From an uncultured Candidatus Saccharibacteria bacterium (GTDB lineage: Bacteria; Patescibacteriota; Minisyncoccia; Phycocordibacterales; GWA1-40-21), in NCBI GenBank assembly GCA_964583845.1, contig CAZOXG010000003.1, positions 1 through 39,389 on the forward strand: DNA of 39,389 bases, given 5' to 3'. Shown one piece after another: positions 25,796 through 35,156 of the stretch. The position numbers were made by a program, and so were the translations under genes. Below the pieces are notes generated by a model. It ran no database searches. It saw only the letters and a list, made by a program, of their open reading frames with translations, and had not been told where the DNA came from. Position 1 is the first letter of the stretch. Every line of letters begins with the position of its first letter.

Positions 25796-26452
25796 ATGAC
25801 TATGGAAAATACAACACAAAATAATGCTGGTGCAGTAAGACCTCAAGGTCAGGGTCAGCCTCGTCCTTCTTTTGGACAGAACCGCCCTCCGTTCCAACGT
25901 CGCAATGATGGTCGTCCAGGTGCTGGTGGCCGTAAAGGTGATGATCGCCGTGGACCTCGTGAAAAAGTTCGCTCTGAATTTGATCAGAAAATGATTAAAA
26001 TCCGTCGCGTAGCACGTGTAGTTACTGGTGGACGTCGTTTTAATTTCTCTGTCGCTATCGTTATCGGTAACCGAAAGGGTAAGGTGGGTGTTGGTTTGGG
26101 TAAAGCCAATGACACTGCTGCTGCAATCGACAAAGCAGTTCGTGATGCTAAGAAAAATATGATTACTGTTCCCCTAACAAAGAGTCAATCAATTCCGCAC
26201 GAAGTTACTTCAAAATACTCTAGTGCACGCTTGATTATGATTCCAGCCAAGGGTCGTGGAGTTATTGCTGGTTCATCAGCTCGTATCGTCATCGAACTTG
26301 CTGGTATTCAGGACGTTACTGCCAAAATCTTGTCTGGCTCAAAGAATAAACTAAATATTGCTCAAGCTGCTATTGTTGCTCTTTCTTCATTCAAGAAAAG
26401 TAATGTAGTTGCTCCGGCTAAGATTGAAGCTGAAAAAGCTCCAGTTAAATAA
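25796..26452 (+). CDS. rpsE: 30S ribosomal protein S5 with G/R/P/Q-rich N-terminal extension
   Basis: RVARVVTGGRRFNFS and GRGVIAG. Confidence 0.98.
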   Translation: MTMENTTQNNAGAVRPQGQGQPRPSFGQNRPPFQRRNDGRPGAGGRKGDDRRGPREKVRSEFDQKMIKIRRVARVVTGGRRFNFSVAIVIGNRKGKVGVGLGKANDTAAAIDKAVRDAKKNMITVPLTKSQSIPHEVTSKYSSARLIMIPAKGRGVIAGSSARIVIELAGIQDVTAKILSGSKNKLNIAQAAIVALSSFKKSNVVAPAKIEAEKAPVK

Positions 26453-26462
26453 TTTCACTACT

Positions 26463-26897
26463 ATGCAGATCAATAATTTAAAAAGAAAGACTAAAAATCG
26501 CAAGACCGAACTCGTTGGCCGTGGTGGCAAGCGCGGTAAGACTTGTGGAAAAGGACAGAAGGGTCAAAACTCTCGTGCTGGTCGCAAGAAGCGTCCAGAA
26601 ATGCGTGAAAGAATCAAAAAAATTCCTAAGTTGCGTGGTTACGCTTTCAAAGGTATTCACAAAGATTACGTTTGGCCAGTTAATCTAAATCAGCTTGAAT
26701 CAAATTTCAAAGCTGGATCTAAAATTAACCCTGCGGTAATTGCTTCTCTAGGCCTTGCTGAAGTTTACAAAGGAAAGAATCCTGTCGTAAAGATTTTGGC
26801 TACTGGTGAATTAACTAAAAAACTTGAAATCTCTGGCTGTTTGGTATCTGCTTCTGCAAAGGAGAAGATCGAAAAGGTTGGAGGATCGGTTAAATAA
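26463..26897 (+). CDS. rplO: 50S ribosomal protein L15
   Basis: VGRGGKRGKTCGKGQKGQNSR and AKEKIEKVGG; no rpmD upstream. Confidence 0.97.
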   Translation: MQINNLKRKTKNRKTELVGRGGKRGKTCGKGQKGQNSRAGRKKRPEMRERIKKIPKLRGYAFKGIHKDYVWPVNLNQLESNFKAGSKINPAVIASLGLAEVYKGKNPVVKILATGELTKKLEISGCLVSASAKEKIEKVGGSVK

Positions 26898-26935
26898 ACA
26901 AAAAGCACATCGAAAGATGTGCTTTTTGTTTATTT
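26892..26935. terminator. rplO terminator
   Basis: AAATAAACAAAAAGCACATC-GAAA-GATGTGCTTTTTGTTTATTT. Confidence 0.85.
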
Positions 26936-27009
26936 TGACTAGCGAGGAGCGAGTGAAAGAGTAATCTCTTTCACATCGTCCGAGTCGAAGTCAAACTACA
27001 AGGTATTAA
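26930..27009. repeat. Bulged hairpin element, copy B
   Basis: TTGACTAGCGAGGAGCGA-[stem-loop]-TCGTCCGAGTCGAAGTCAA; reverse complement of copy A. Confidence 0.8.
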
Positions 27010-27400
27010 TATCTCGCAGCTTGCTGCGACAAAGGTGAGTCTTCGAATCATCTTGAGTCTAGAGCTTGCTCTGGGCTGAGAAGCGAATACTTGGAGCTTC
27101 GCAAGACCTTGAGCGTTTTTCTTAAAATGCGAAAGGTGTACAGAACCTGTAAGGTTTAATACCTTTTATTCAAAATGTAAACTGTAAAATTAAAATGAAA
27201 AATTATGGAAATAAAACCTTTTTGTCATTATAAATTTTGTTTTTTTAAAGTATAACTTATTAAGTACTTGAAAAGTGATAAATTTAAAGGGAAAAGCAAT
27301 GCTCGTCTAGGATGGTAAAAACAGATACTGAAGATAATGTCAATTCCATATTTAGCTACATTGTGGTATGCTTATGCAGTTAGAAATTAAATATAAAAAT

Positions 27401-28672
27401 ATGCCTAATATTGTTAGTAAAATAAAGATGATTTGGCTAGACGCAAGTCTGCGCAAGAGAATTCTTTTTGTTATCGTTGCCTTGTTGGTTTTTCGTTTAT
27501 TAGCGAATATTCCAGTGCCTGGTGTTGATCCACAAAAATTGGCGGCTTTTTTCAGTAACAATGAATACCTCGGCTTATTGAATATGTTTTCTGGTGGCGG
27601 TATGACCAATCTTTCCATTGTGATGCTCGGTGTTGGTCCATACATTACTTCTTCAATCATCATGCAACTTTTGACTATGATGTTCCCAAAACTGAAACAG
27701 ATGTATCAGGAAGAAGGAGAAATCGGCCGTCGCAAGTTCACTATGTATTCTCGCTATTTAACCGTTCCACTCGCTATTATTCAAGCAGCTTCTTTTGCTT
27801 TCTTGTTGAGTCGCCAAGGTATTTTGGATGTTTCAAATCCAATGTCTCTTTGGGTTAACGTTTCAATCATTACCGCCGGTTCTATCTTCTTGATGTGGTT
27901 GGGTGAATTGATGACTGAATTCGGAATCGGTAATGGTACCTCTTTGATTATCTTTGCTGGTATTGTTTCTAGTATTCCTGAAGCTGTTACTCTACTTATA
28001 GCAAACTATCAAGTTTCTGATTTGCCTATGTATATTGCTGTTTTGGTTGCTTCTCTCGCTGTTATTGTTGGTGTGGTTGTTGTTACCGAAGCTGAAAGAC
28101 CAATTCCTGTCACTTATGCCAAGCGGATTCGTGGTATGCGTGTCTTTGGTGGGGTTTCTACTTATTTACCACTTCGTTTGACTCAAGCTGGTGTTATTCC
28201 AATTATCTTTGCTTTGTCTATTTTGATGTTTCCTCAGATGATTGCCAAATTCTTGATGGCTTCAGCCAATCTTACGGTTGTAAAATATGCTACTTACTCT
28301 AGTGATATCTTGGCTAATGGTTGGTTCTACGGCATCGCCTATTTCTTGATGGTATTCTTGTTTACTTACTTCTATACTGCGGTCACTTTTGATCCACATA
28401 ATTTGGCCAAGAATTTGCAGAATAACGGTGCTTTTATTCCAGGTGTTCGCCCGGGTGAGACTACCGCAAATTATATCGCCAAGGTTTTAACTCGTATTAC
28501 TTTGGTGGGTGCAACTTTCCTCGGTTTGGTGGCTGTTCTTCCAATGGCGGTTAAGGGTATTACCGGTATTTCATCTATTGCCATCGGTGGTACTGCTTTG
28601 CTGATCGTGGTGTCTGTTGTGATTGATTTGATTAAGAAAGTCGAGGCTCAGATTTCGATGAGAGAGTACTAA
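27401..28672 (+). CDS. secY: Preprotein translocase SecY
   Basis: LGVGPYITSSII, GIGNGTSLII, AGVIPIIFA, FIPGVRPG and GGTALLIVV. Confidence 0.98.
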   Translation: MPNIVSKIKMIWLDASLRKRILFVIVALLVFRLLANIPVPGVDPQKLAAFFSNNEYLGLLNMFSGGGMTNLSIVMLGVGPYITSSIIMQLLTMMFPKLKQMYQEEGEIGRRKFTMYSRYLTVPLAIIQAASFAFLLSRQGILDVSNPMSLWVNVSIITAGSIFLMWLGELMTEFGIGNGTSLIIFAGIVSSIPEAVTLLIANYQVSDLPMYIAVLVASLAVIVGVVVVTEAERPIPVTYAKRIRGMRVFGGVSTYLPLRLTQAGVIPIIFALSILMFPQMIAKFLMASANLTVVKYATYSSDILANGWFYGIAYFLMVFLFTYFYTAVTFDPHNLAKNLQNNGAFIPGVRPGETTANYIAKVLTRITLVGATFLGLVAVLPMAVKGITGISSIAIGGTALLIVVSVVIDLIKKVEAQISMREY

Positions 28673-28693
28673 TTGGATAGTATATAGTATATG

Positions 28694-28730
28694 AAAGAGG
28701 ACGGTTTCGCGAAGCGAAACCGTCCTCTTT
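28694..28730. terminator. secY terminator
   Basis: AAAGAGGACGGTTTCGC-gaa-GCGAAACCGTCCTCTTT. Confidence 0.8.
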
Positions 28731-28793
28731 ATTTTTATAACAAAATATCCAAAAACTTATACTTTTCAATATTTATTTGATATAATATTTTCT

Positions 28794-29393
28794 ATGAATT
28801 CTAATTCGAAAGCATATATTTTTATCGGCCGTTCCGGCTGTGGTAAGGGAACTCAAGCCAATCTATTTATTCAACATCTTTGTGAGCATGATCATCTGTG
28901 TCATACCGTCCACGTTGAAAGTGGAGCGATTCTCCGTGAGTATGTTAAAAGTGAAGGTTACGCTCAAAAACTATGCAAGGATATTTTGGATAAAGGTGGC
29001 TTAATGCCAGAATTTGCCATTGTTGGTCTCTGGTCAAATTATCTATTGAACAATATCAAAGAAGGTGACAATGTCGTATTTGATGGCACTCCACGCAAAT
29101 TGCATGAAGCGATAATTTTGGATTCTTCCAGAGGTTTCTTTAATTGGGGTAAACCGGTGATTGTGTACCTTAATGTCAGTCGTGAGTGGTCCAAGGCTCG
29201 TTTAGTAGCTCGTAAGCGTGAAGATGATACCGATCAAGACATTGAGAACCGTTTAAACTGGTTTGAGACAGAAGTAATGCCGACTATTAACTATTACCGA
29301 GAAAATCCAAATTATATTTTTCTAGATATTAACGGCGAACAGGCAATCGAAGAGGTTCAACGAGAGATAATGACGAAAATAGGGATCAATTAA
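28794..29393 (+). CDS. adk: Adenylate kinase, short-LID type
   Basis: GRSGCGKGTQA, FDGTPR and RKREDD; located between secY and map. Confidence 0.9.
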   Translation: MNSNSKAYIFIGRSGCGKGTQANLFIQHLCEHDHLCHTVHVESGAILREYVKSEGYAQKLCKDILDKGGLMPEFAIVGLWSNYLLNNIKEGDNVVFDGTPRKLHEAIILDSSRGFFNWGKPVIVYLNVSREWSKARLVARKREDDTDQDIENRLNWFETEVMPTINYYRENPNYIFLDINGEQAIEEVQREIMTKIGIN

Positions 29394-29436
29394 AGATATT
29401 GACGATTCCTATGATAAATTGTAAAGTATTAGCATA

Positions 29437-30207
29437 ATGATAACCATTAAAACCGAGAAGGATATAAAGGTTTTGCGTGAAGGAGGTAAAAGACTAGCCT
29501 GGATTTTACGTGAGGTGGCCAAAAAAGTGGCTCCAGGAGTTACAGCAGCCGAACTCAATGATTACGCTATGAAATTGACCGAAGACGGTGGTGATAAACC
29601 AGCCTTTTTGAATTATCGTCCCTATGGTGCCAAACGAGCTTACCCCGCAGCTTTGTGTGTTTCAATAAACGAAGAAGTGGTTCATGGTATTCCCAACGAA
29701 GAAGAGAAGGTCTTGAAGGAGGGTGATATTGTCTCCTTGGATATGGGGCTTATTCACGAAGGATTGATTACAGATTCTGCCATTACCGTACCGGTCGGCA
29801 AAGTATCTCCAGAACTTGAAAAATTGATGAATATGACTCGCGAGGCTTTGGCAGTAGCTATCAAAGCAGCTCGCGGTGGCAACCATATTGGTGATATCGG
29901 TTTTGCTATTGAAAGATTGATTAGACCTCATGGTTATGGAATTGTAGAAGATCTCTGTGGTCACGGTGTTGGTTATAAGGTTCACGAAGACCCTTTTGTG
30001 CCAAACTTTGGCGAGCGGGGAAAAGGGGACAAATTAAAACCAGGGATGGTGATTGCGATTGAACCAATGCTTAATCTCGGTACCTCTCGTGTCAAAATCA
30101 TGAAAGACGGTTATACTTATAAAACAGCGGACGAACAACCAAGTGCTCATTTTGAACATACGATCGTAATAACCAAGGGTGACGCGGAAATAATAACCCA
30201 ATTGTAA
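29437..30207 (+). CDS. map: Methionine aminopeptidase type I
   Basis: SINEEVVHGIP, GHGVG..HEDP, AIEPM and SAHFEHT. Confidence 0.97.
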   Translation: MITIKTEKDIKVLREGGKRLAWILREVAKKVAPGVTAAELNDYAMKLTEDGGDKPAFLNYRPYGAKRAYPAALCVSINEEVVHGIPNEEEKVLKEGDIVSLDMGLIHEGLITDSAITVPVGKVSPELEKLMNMTREALAVAIKAARGGNHIGDIGFAIERLIRPHGYGIVEDLCGHGVGYKVHEDPFVPNFGERGKGDKLKPGMVIAIEPMLNLGTSRVKIMKDGYTYKTADEQPSAHFEHTIVITKGDAEIITQL

Positions 30208-30233
30208 TTTAATAAAATAATCATTTAAAAACC

Positions 30234-33200
30234 ATGTACGACTCACTTCCACATTCTGGTTCAAAAAAACAAGAAAAAAGTATAAAAACAAAGGAAGATA
30301 TTAAATCTGTTTTGGATTCCGTTCCTGAAATGGGTGGTTTAAATGATAAACAAATTAGTAATCAAATTTCCAATCTCAAGGCGATGGATAGTTATGAGGA
30401 GATTTGCAATCACATATTTACTATTCATCATATATTAGGTGCACAGTCTAAAAAACTTTTGGACACAAGAAATACATTAGAAAAATTTTCCTTGGGGGAA
30501 TCTAATAAAGACAGAAAAGCCAAGGCTGAAAAAGCGATTGAAGACCTACGCGAATTAGACAAGAAAACTGAAAAAAGAATTAATTTTTTTACTACTGCCG
30601 CGACAAAATTTATTGAAAAAAAATATAAGTCCAAAGCTTTGGAATCATCAAGGCATTTTTTGGATTATATTGAGGACGCCGTGATAAATATTGAAAAATA
30701 TACTGATGAACCAATCAGTGTTGGAGAGGTGGCCCCACAGAAAAATGAAGAAAATATCGAAGTAATTACAAAAGATATTTTGCCAGAACCAATGCTAGAA
30801 ACAGAAATTCCTAATTTAGGAGTTTTGACTGAGTCATCTCAAGTAGAGGAATCTGCTCCAGAAACTTTGGAGACAAATCCTGTAGTACAAAAAACGCAAG
30901 TGTTGAGTATGGTGGAAGATGTACCTCCAATAATAGAACCTCCGGCAGTGATTCCAGGAGTTGATGGTAGTTCAACTCCAGTTTCCGAAAAAACCGAGGC
31001 ACGAAAGGTTGAAACCGGAGAATTGGGGGAATTAATACAAGATATAATGTCAGATGGGAAGAAGAGAATTATCTACTACGATGCGAATAGTAATGAGTAT
31101 AGTCCTGAAGAGATTGGTGGGTCCATTATTTCAGAAAAGATAAAACTAGAAGAACTTGAGGATGAAAAAAAACAGGCTAGAGAAATTGAGGTTTTTATGG
31201 GAACATTGCCCAAGATTATAAAGCCTAAACCCATTAGAAGAAGAGTGGAAGAAGTATTAGTCGATTACGTAAAATTATTAAATATTAACAAAAAAACTAT
31301 GAGAGAAGCAGCACCGCAACAACCAGCAGATCAAAAAATACCGGATACTTATTTTGCCGAGGTTAAGACTTTGGAGGAGTTACGAACAAAGATGTGGGAG
31401 TTGGAGGGTGCTGATAAAAGCCGTAAGCAGTGGATCGAAGATACTGTTGCTGGAGCGGTTAAAGAAATTCGAAAACCAGAAACTACTACTTATCGTCGCC
31501 TTGAAATATTGAATGAATTAAAGAAAAAAGATAATCTACCCAATATAGGAGCTTTTAAGGAAACATTATTGAAATTACTCGAAGAAGAGGTGTCTAAGAT
31601 AACACCAAAAGAAAAGCCAATTAAAACTGAAATCCCTGATACATATTTTGCTGGGGTTAAAAGCATTCCAGAATTAATGGCTAAATTGGCTGATAAGGTG
31701 TCTAGTGAAGACCTCCGGTCTATTGAAAGGCTTGCTTTGAATGCCTTAGCTCTAATGAGAACTGCTAGAGCTCTTAAAGAAAAAGATTCGTTGATTGAAA
31801 AAATTGTCAAAGACAAAGATTTTCCAGCTGAAGGTGGTTTTGGAGAAGCTTTAAAAGAAATCTTAATGAAAGAGCTGAGTAGTTGGGAAAAACGTACATT
31901 GGAAGATAGTAATAGAAAGAAAAAAACACCTGGAGTTAAACTCTCTACAAAAGCCGGCCCTGAGCCGACTGTGGCAGGTGGGGTTTTGAAGACTCCGGTC
32001 GCGGCAGACGTTTTAGATGAGGAAGAATTGGTTGAAGGTGACGAAGCTCCAAGGAGTGCAGTTGTAAAAAAAGAAAACCTACCACCAGTTGTTAAGTCAG
32101 AAAAACTTAAAGATATAAAATCTGATTATTTTGTTGGTGCGAAAGGTTTGAGTGATATTCGTAATTTGTTAGAGAGTTTGCCCGAAGAAAAGATATTTGC
32201 CATTAAAGATATCCATTTTGATGATGGCACTGAAAAGAGAATGAATCCATTGGAAATTTTGGACTGGATCAGGTCAAAAGATATATCCATTGATTCGGCT
32301 GTTTCAAATGAAAAAATAAAAATGTCCGAAAGAAGAAAGAGTATCGATAATGTTATTTTGCAAATGGAAAGGGAATTAATCGACAAAGGTGGTTTGTTGC
32401 AGACACTAAAACGTTTATTTAATGAAAGATATAGTGTAAAAACCGAATCAACCAAAAAGCCTACTAAACCAACAGATGATATTGGTGGGACTGAAGCTGA
32501 AGTTCTAGAAAATACTCCAACGAATAAAGAGAGTTTTTCTAAGAAAAGAATTAAAGAAAATTATTTTGAAGAAGCTAATATTAAAACTATCGGTAATGTT
32601 ATTGATCTTTTGCGAGGCGAACTCAAAAATAATACTTTTACTACCGAAGATTTTAAAAAAAGATACACAGCTGATCAGTTGCAAAACCTTTTGATAGAAG
32701 AAGGAGTAAAAATCTCCAAAATGTTTTTTGATGGCACAACAAAAGAAGGCATGGCTGATGAAATTAATCGTTTTCATTATGAATTACCGATTAATGGTAA
32801 TTTAAATAACGTTTTAAGTAGGGTTTTAATGGATAATTATTTTGATCCACTTTTTACTGAGGAAAATAAGTCCGAACAGCTAAATGAAGTGGATATTATC
32901 AACTCAGCCACTAGTCTGGGAGATCTTCAGGATTTGGTAAGTAATATAAAACAAGTTCATAACTCCAGTGGAGTTGCTTTAGAGGGTGTATCTGTCGCCG
33001 ATAGTCTGAAAAAAATGATTTTTCAACTAAGATCTAGATCATTTAAGGATTTTAGAATGTCTGACATGTATCCAATACAGTCCAAGGATATCGAGACTAG
33101 AATTGGAGGGATTTTCCCAGCCCTCCCTCAATTTCCAACTTTAGCTAAGAAAATTATCGATTTGGCGGTAGTTGAATATAATAGTGATACAAAGAAAATT

Positions 33201-34832
33201 GAGGATGTGGCAAAAATGCCAAATCTTGACGTACTCATGGCCTTCTTGGAAGGTGCTTATGCCGGGGATAAGATTAAAGGTTCTCAAAAGGAATATACGG
33301 TTGAAGAAATAGTTAAACTTATTCAAGATAAACGAAGTAATGTTTTGTCTCTTGATAGTGAACAAAGAAAATTATTAATTAATAAACCACGGCTTATTGC
33401 TCTAGATAATTTGACCAGTGGTAATATTGGTCTAGTTAGTAAAGTTAGAGAATTATTGGTTAGTGAACTTTCAGCGCTTGAAAATACTGATTCATCTCCG
33501 AGTGCATCATCTAAACCTCAACCTGCACCCGTGTTAGTTCCAACCCCAATAAATATAGCTAATTTTAAGCCAATTATAGAAGGTAAGACAAAATTTGAAT
33601 TAAACGGTTACAACAAAGATACTATCGATATTCCCGAATTTAGAGCGTTCATTACTGAATTACCAAATGCCGGGGAAATTATTAAAGACGATACACAGCT
33701 CAAAGAAAAATATGAAACTTTTGTAAAACGAAGAGAGGTGTCTGAAGAAATCCAAAATAAACTCGGTGATATTATCAAAAAAGAATTTGGTTTAGATTTT
33801 GGTAGGACAGCTAGTCTTTTGGCAGACGAATATTTGCGTACCTTGAGTCATGAACACCCTGAGGAAATAGCCAAATTCCATAAAACAATTCTGTCTTACC
33901 GCGCAGCTCCAGCTGTGATTGATGATTTGAAAAGAGAAGTTATTCCACCTGGAACTAATGCTAAACGTCGTGAGGAATTACCAAAGGAAATAGCTGAGAG
34001 AGAATTATTGGTTAAAAACTTAAATGATTATAAAAAGTCGTTAGACAAGCAACCGTTCTTTAAATTGTTCGATGTTATTAATCCAGCATTCAGATCAAAG
34101 GATTCCAGATTGGAAAAAATCAAAGGGATTACCCTAGGAAAGATTGAACAACTTTCCCGTGACGCTATGGAAAAAAACACACCAGCAACAGCTGGCAGTA
34201 AAGAACGTTATGGTAATTGGAAAGGCGAAGTGATTAAAAGAGTGGATGATGTTATCGAGAATACCAATCGAGAAACCGAAGGTTTAAGAAGATACTTAAA
34301 TGATTTAAATACCAAGAGTGCTAAGCAAATAATTCAAGAGAAGGAAGGTTTGGTAAGTGAGATGATGAGAGATGTTTATACGGCGCCGCTTCAATCAGAA
34401 GTTTTGAAGACTATGCTCCAAGAAAAGGCTAAGTCGGAAATGATAAAATTGTTAGGTGGAAAGGGTGCTACAGTTAAAGCGGTTGATCTTATAAACAAGT
34501 TTAAAAGTGAAACTGGTCAAAGTATTTATGGCTTTGATGAAGACCAAATAGATACTTGGACAAAACATGTAGATTCCCAAGCGACCAAAGAAGTGGAAGA
34601 AAAGATGAAACAGAAGATTGAATCTCTCGGTGGCGGTGAAAAGTTTGATACTTTTGTCTCTACTATTTCTGAATTGTTAGCCGAAAAAGAAATAGGTACG
34701 CAGAAAGATAAAGACGAAGTCAAGAAATTCTTGGTAGATAAAATCAAAGAAACAATTGATAGTGCGCCAGCTGGAATTAGAAAAGGTTTGCTTGAGAAGG
34801 CTTTAAAAACCGCTTTAGAAATAAAAAAATAA
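30234..34832 (+). CDS. Very large K/E-rich protein with about six copies of an uncharacterised helical repeat
   Basis: 1532-aa ORF; repeats begin IPDTYFAEVKT, IPDTYFAGVKS, IKSDYFVGAKG, IKENYFEE. Confidence 0.8.
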   Translation: MYDSLPHSGSKKQEKSIKTKEDIKSVLDSVPEMGGLNDKQISNQISNLKAMDSYEEICNHIFTIHHILGAQSKKLLDTRNTLEKFSLGESNKDRKAKAEKAIEDLRELDKKTEKRINFFTTAATKFIEKKYKSKALESSRHFLDYIEDAVINIEKYTDEPISVGEVAPQKNEENIEVITKDILPEPMLETEIPNLGVLTESSQVEESAPETLETNPVVQKTQVLSMVEDVPPIIEPPAVIPGVDGSSTPVSEKTEARKVETGELGELIQDIMSDGKKRIIYYDANSNEYSPEEIGGSIISEKIKLEELEDEKKQAREIEVFMGTLPKIIKPKPIRRRVEEVLVDYVKLLNINKKTMREAAPQQPADQKIPDTYFAEVKTLEELRTKMWELEGADKSRKQWIEDTVAGAVKEIRKPETTTYRRLEILNELKKKDNLPNIGAFKETLLKLLEEEVSKITPKEKPIKTEIPDTYFAGVKSIPELMAKLADKVSSEDLRSIERLALNALALMRTARALKEKDSLIEKIVKDKDFPAEGGFGEALKEILMKELSSWEKRTLEDSNRKKKTPGVKLSTKAGPEPTVAGGVLKTPVAADVLDEEELVEGDEAPRSAVVKKENLPPVVKSEKLKDIKSDYFVGAKGLSDIRNLLESLPEEKIFAIKDIHFDDGTEKRMNPLEILDWIRSKDISIDSAVSNEKIKMSERRKSIDNVILQMERELIDKGGLLQTLKRLFNERYSVKTESTKKPTKPTDDIGGTEAEVLENTPTNKESFSKKRIKENYFEEANIKTIGNVIDLLRGELKNNTFTTEDFKKRYTADQLQNLLIEEGVKISKMFFDGTTKEGMADEINRFHYELPINGNLNNVLSRVLMDNYFDPLFTEENKSEQLNEVDIINSATSLGDLQDLVSNIKQVHNSSGVALEGVSVADSLKKMIFQLRSRSFKDFRMSDMYPIQSKDIETRIGGIFPALPQFPTLAKKIIDLAVVEYNSDTKKIEDVAKMPNLDVLMAFLEGAYAGDKIKGSQKEYTVEEIVKLIQDKRSNVLSLDSEQRKLLINKPRLIALDNLTSGNIGLVSKVRELLVSELSALENTDSSPSASSKPQPAPVLVPTPINIANFKPIIEGKTKFELNGYNKDTIDIPEFRAFITELPNAGEIIKDDTQLKEKYETFVKRREVSEEIQNKLGDIIKKEFGLDFGRTASLLADEYLRTLSHEHPEEIAKFHKTILSYRAAPAVIDDLKREVIPPGTNAKRREELPKEIAERELLVKNLNDYKKSLDKQPFFKLFDVINPAFRSKDSRLEKIKGITLGKIEQLSRDAMEKNTPATAGSKERYGNWKGEVIKRVDDVIENTNRETEGLRRYLNDLNTKSAKQIIQEKEGLVSEMMRDVYTAPLQSEVLKTMLQEKAKSEMIKLLGGKGATVKAVDLINKFKSETGQSIYGFDEDQIDTWTKHVDSQATKEVEEKMKQKIESLGGGEKFDTFVSTISELLAEKEIGTQKDKDEVKKFLVDKIKETIDSAPAGIRKGLLEKALKTALEIKK

Positions 34833-34835
34833 ACT

Positions 34836-35036
34836 ATGGATTACTACACTGAAAAAATTGGTTTTGCTCTTAAGGCTGGAAAGACTGATGAGGCCAAGGC
34901 TTTGATTCTAGAAGCCATAGAAGAGGCCAATGACCCGAAAGAAGCTGGTAGAGCCATTGTTTCTTCGGTCATGGCATATATTGAGACTGTGAACGATATC
35001 AATAAGTCATATAAAGAGGCTTTAGAAAGAAAATAA
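34836..35036 (+). CDS. Small helical hypothetical protein
   Basis: 66 aa; starts 3 bp after the giant gene; hairpin follows at about 35047-35088. Confidence 0.65.
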   Translation: MDYYTEKIGFALKAGKTDEAKALILEAIEEANDPKEAGRAIVSSVMAYIETVNDINKSYKEALERK

Positions 35037-35156
35037 TAATAAAATTAACAAAAACAATTTCATTATATAAATGAAATTGTTTTTGTTTGTGGCTGAAAAT
35101 TACTTTTTAGTGAGATGTTTTGAATTTAAGTCCGGCTGATGTATAATTTGACCAGT

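Noticed and set aside
26453-26462. Absence of rpmD as a novelty
   Set aside because: Established trait of CPR bacteria; used only as taxonomic evidence
2757-27009. CRISPR array or integron attC interpretation of the repeats
   Set aside because: There is no regular repeat-spacer period, no cas or intI gene, and no RYYYAAC/GTTRRRY cores
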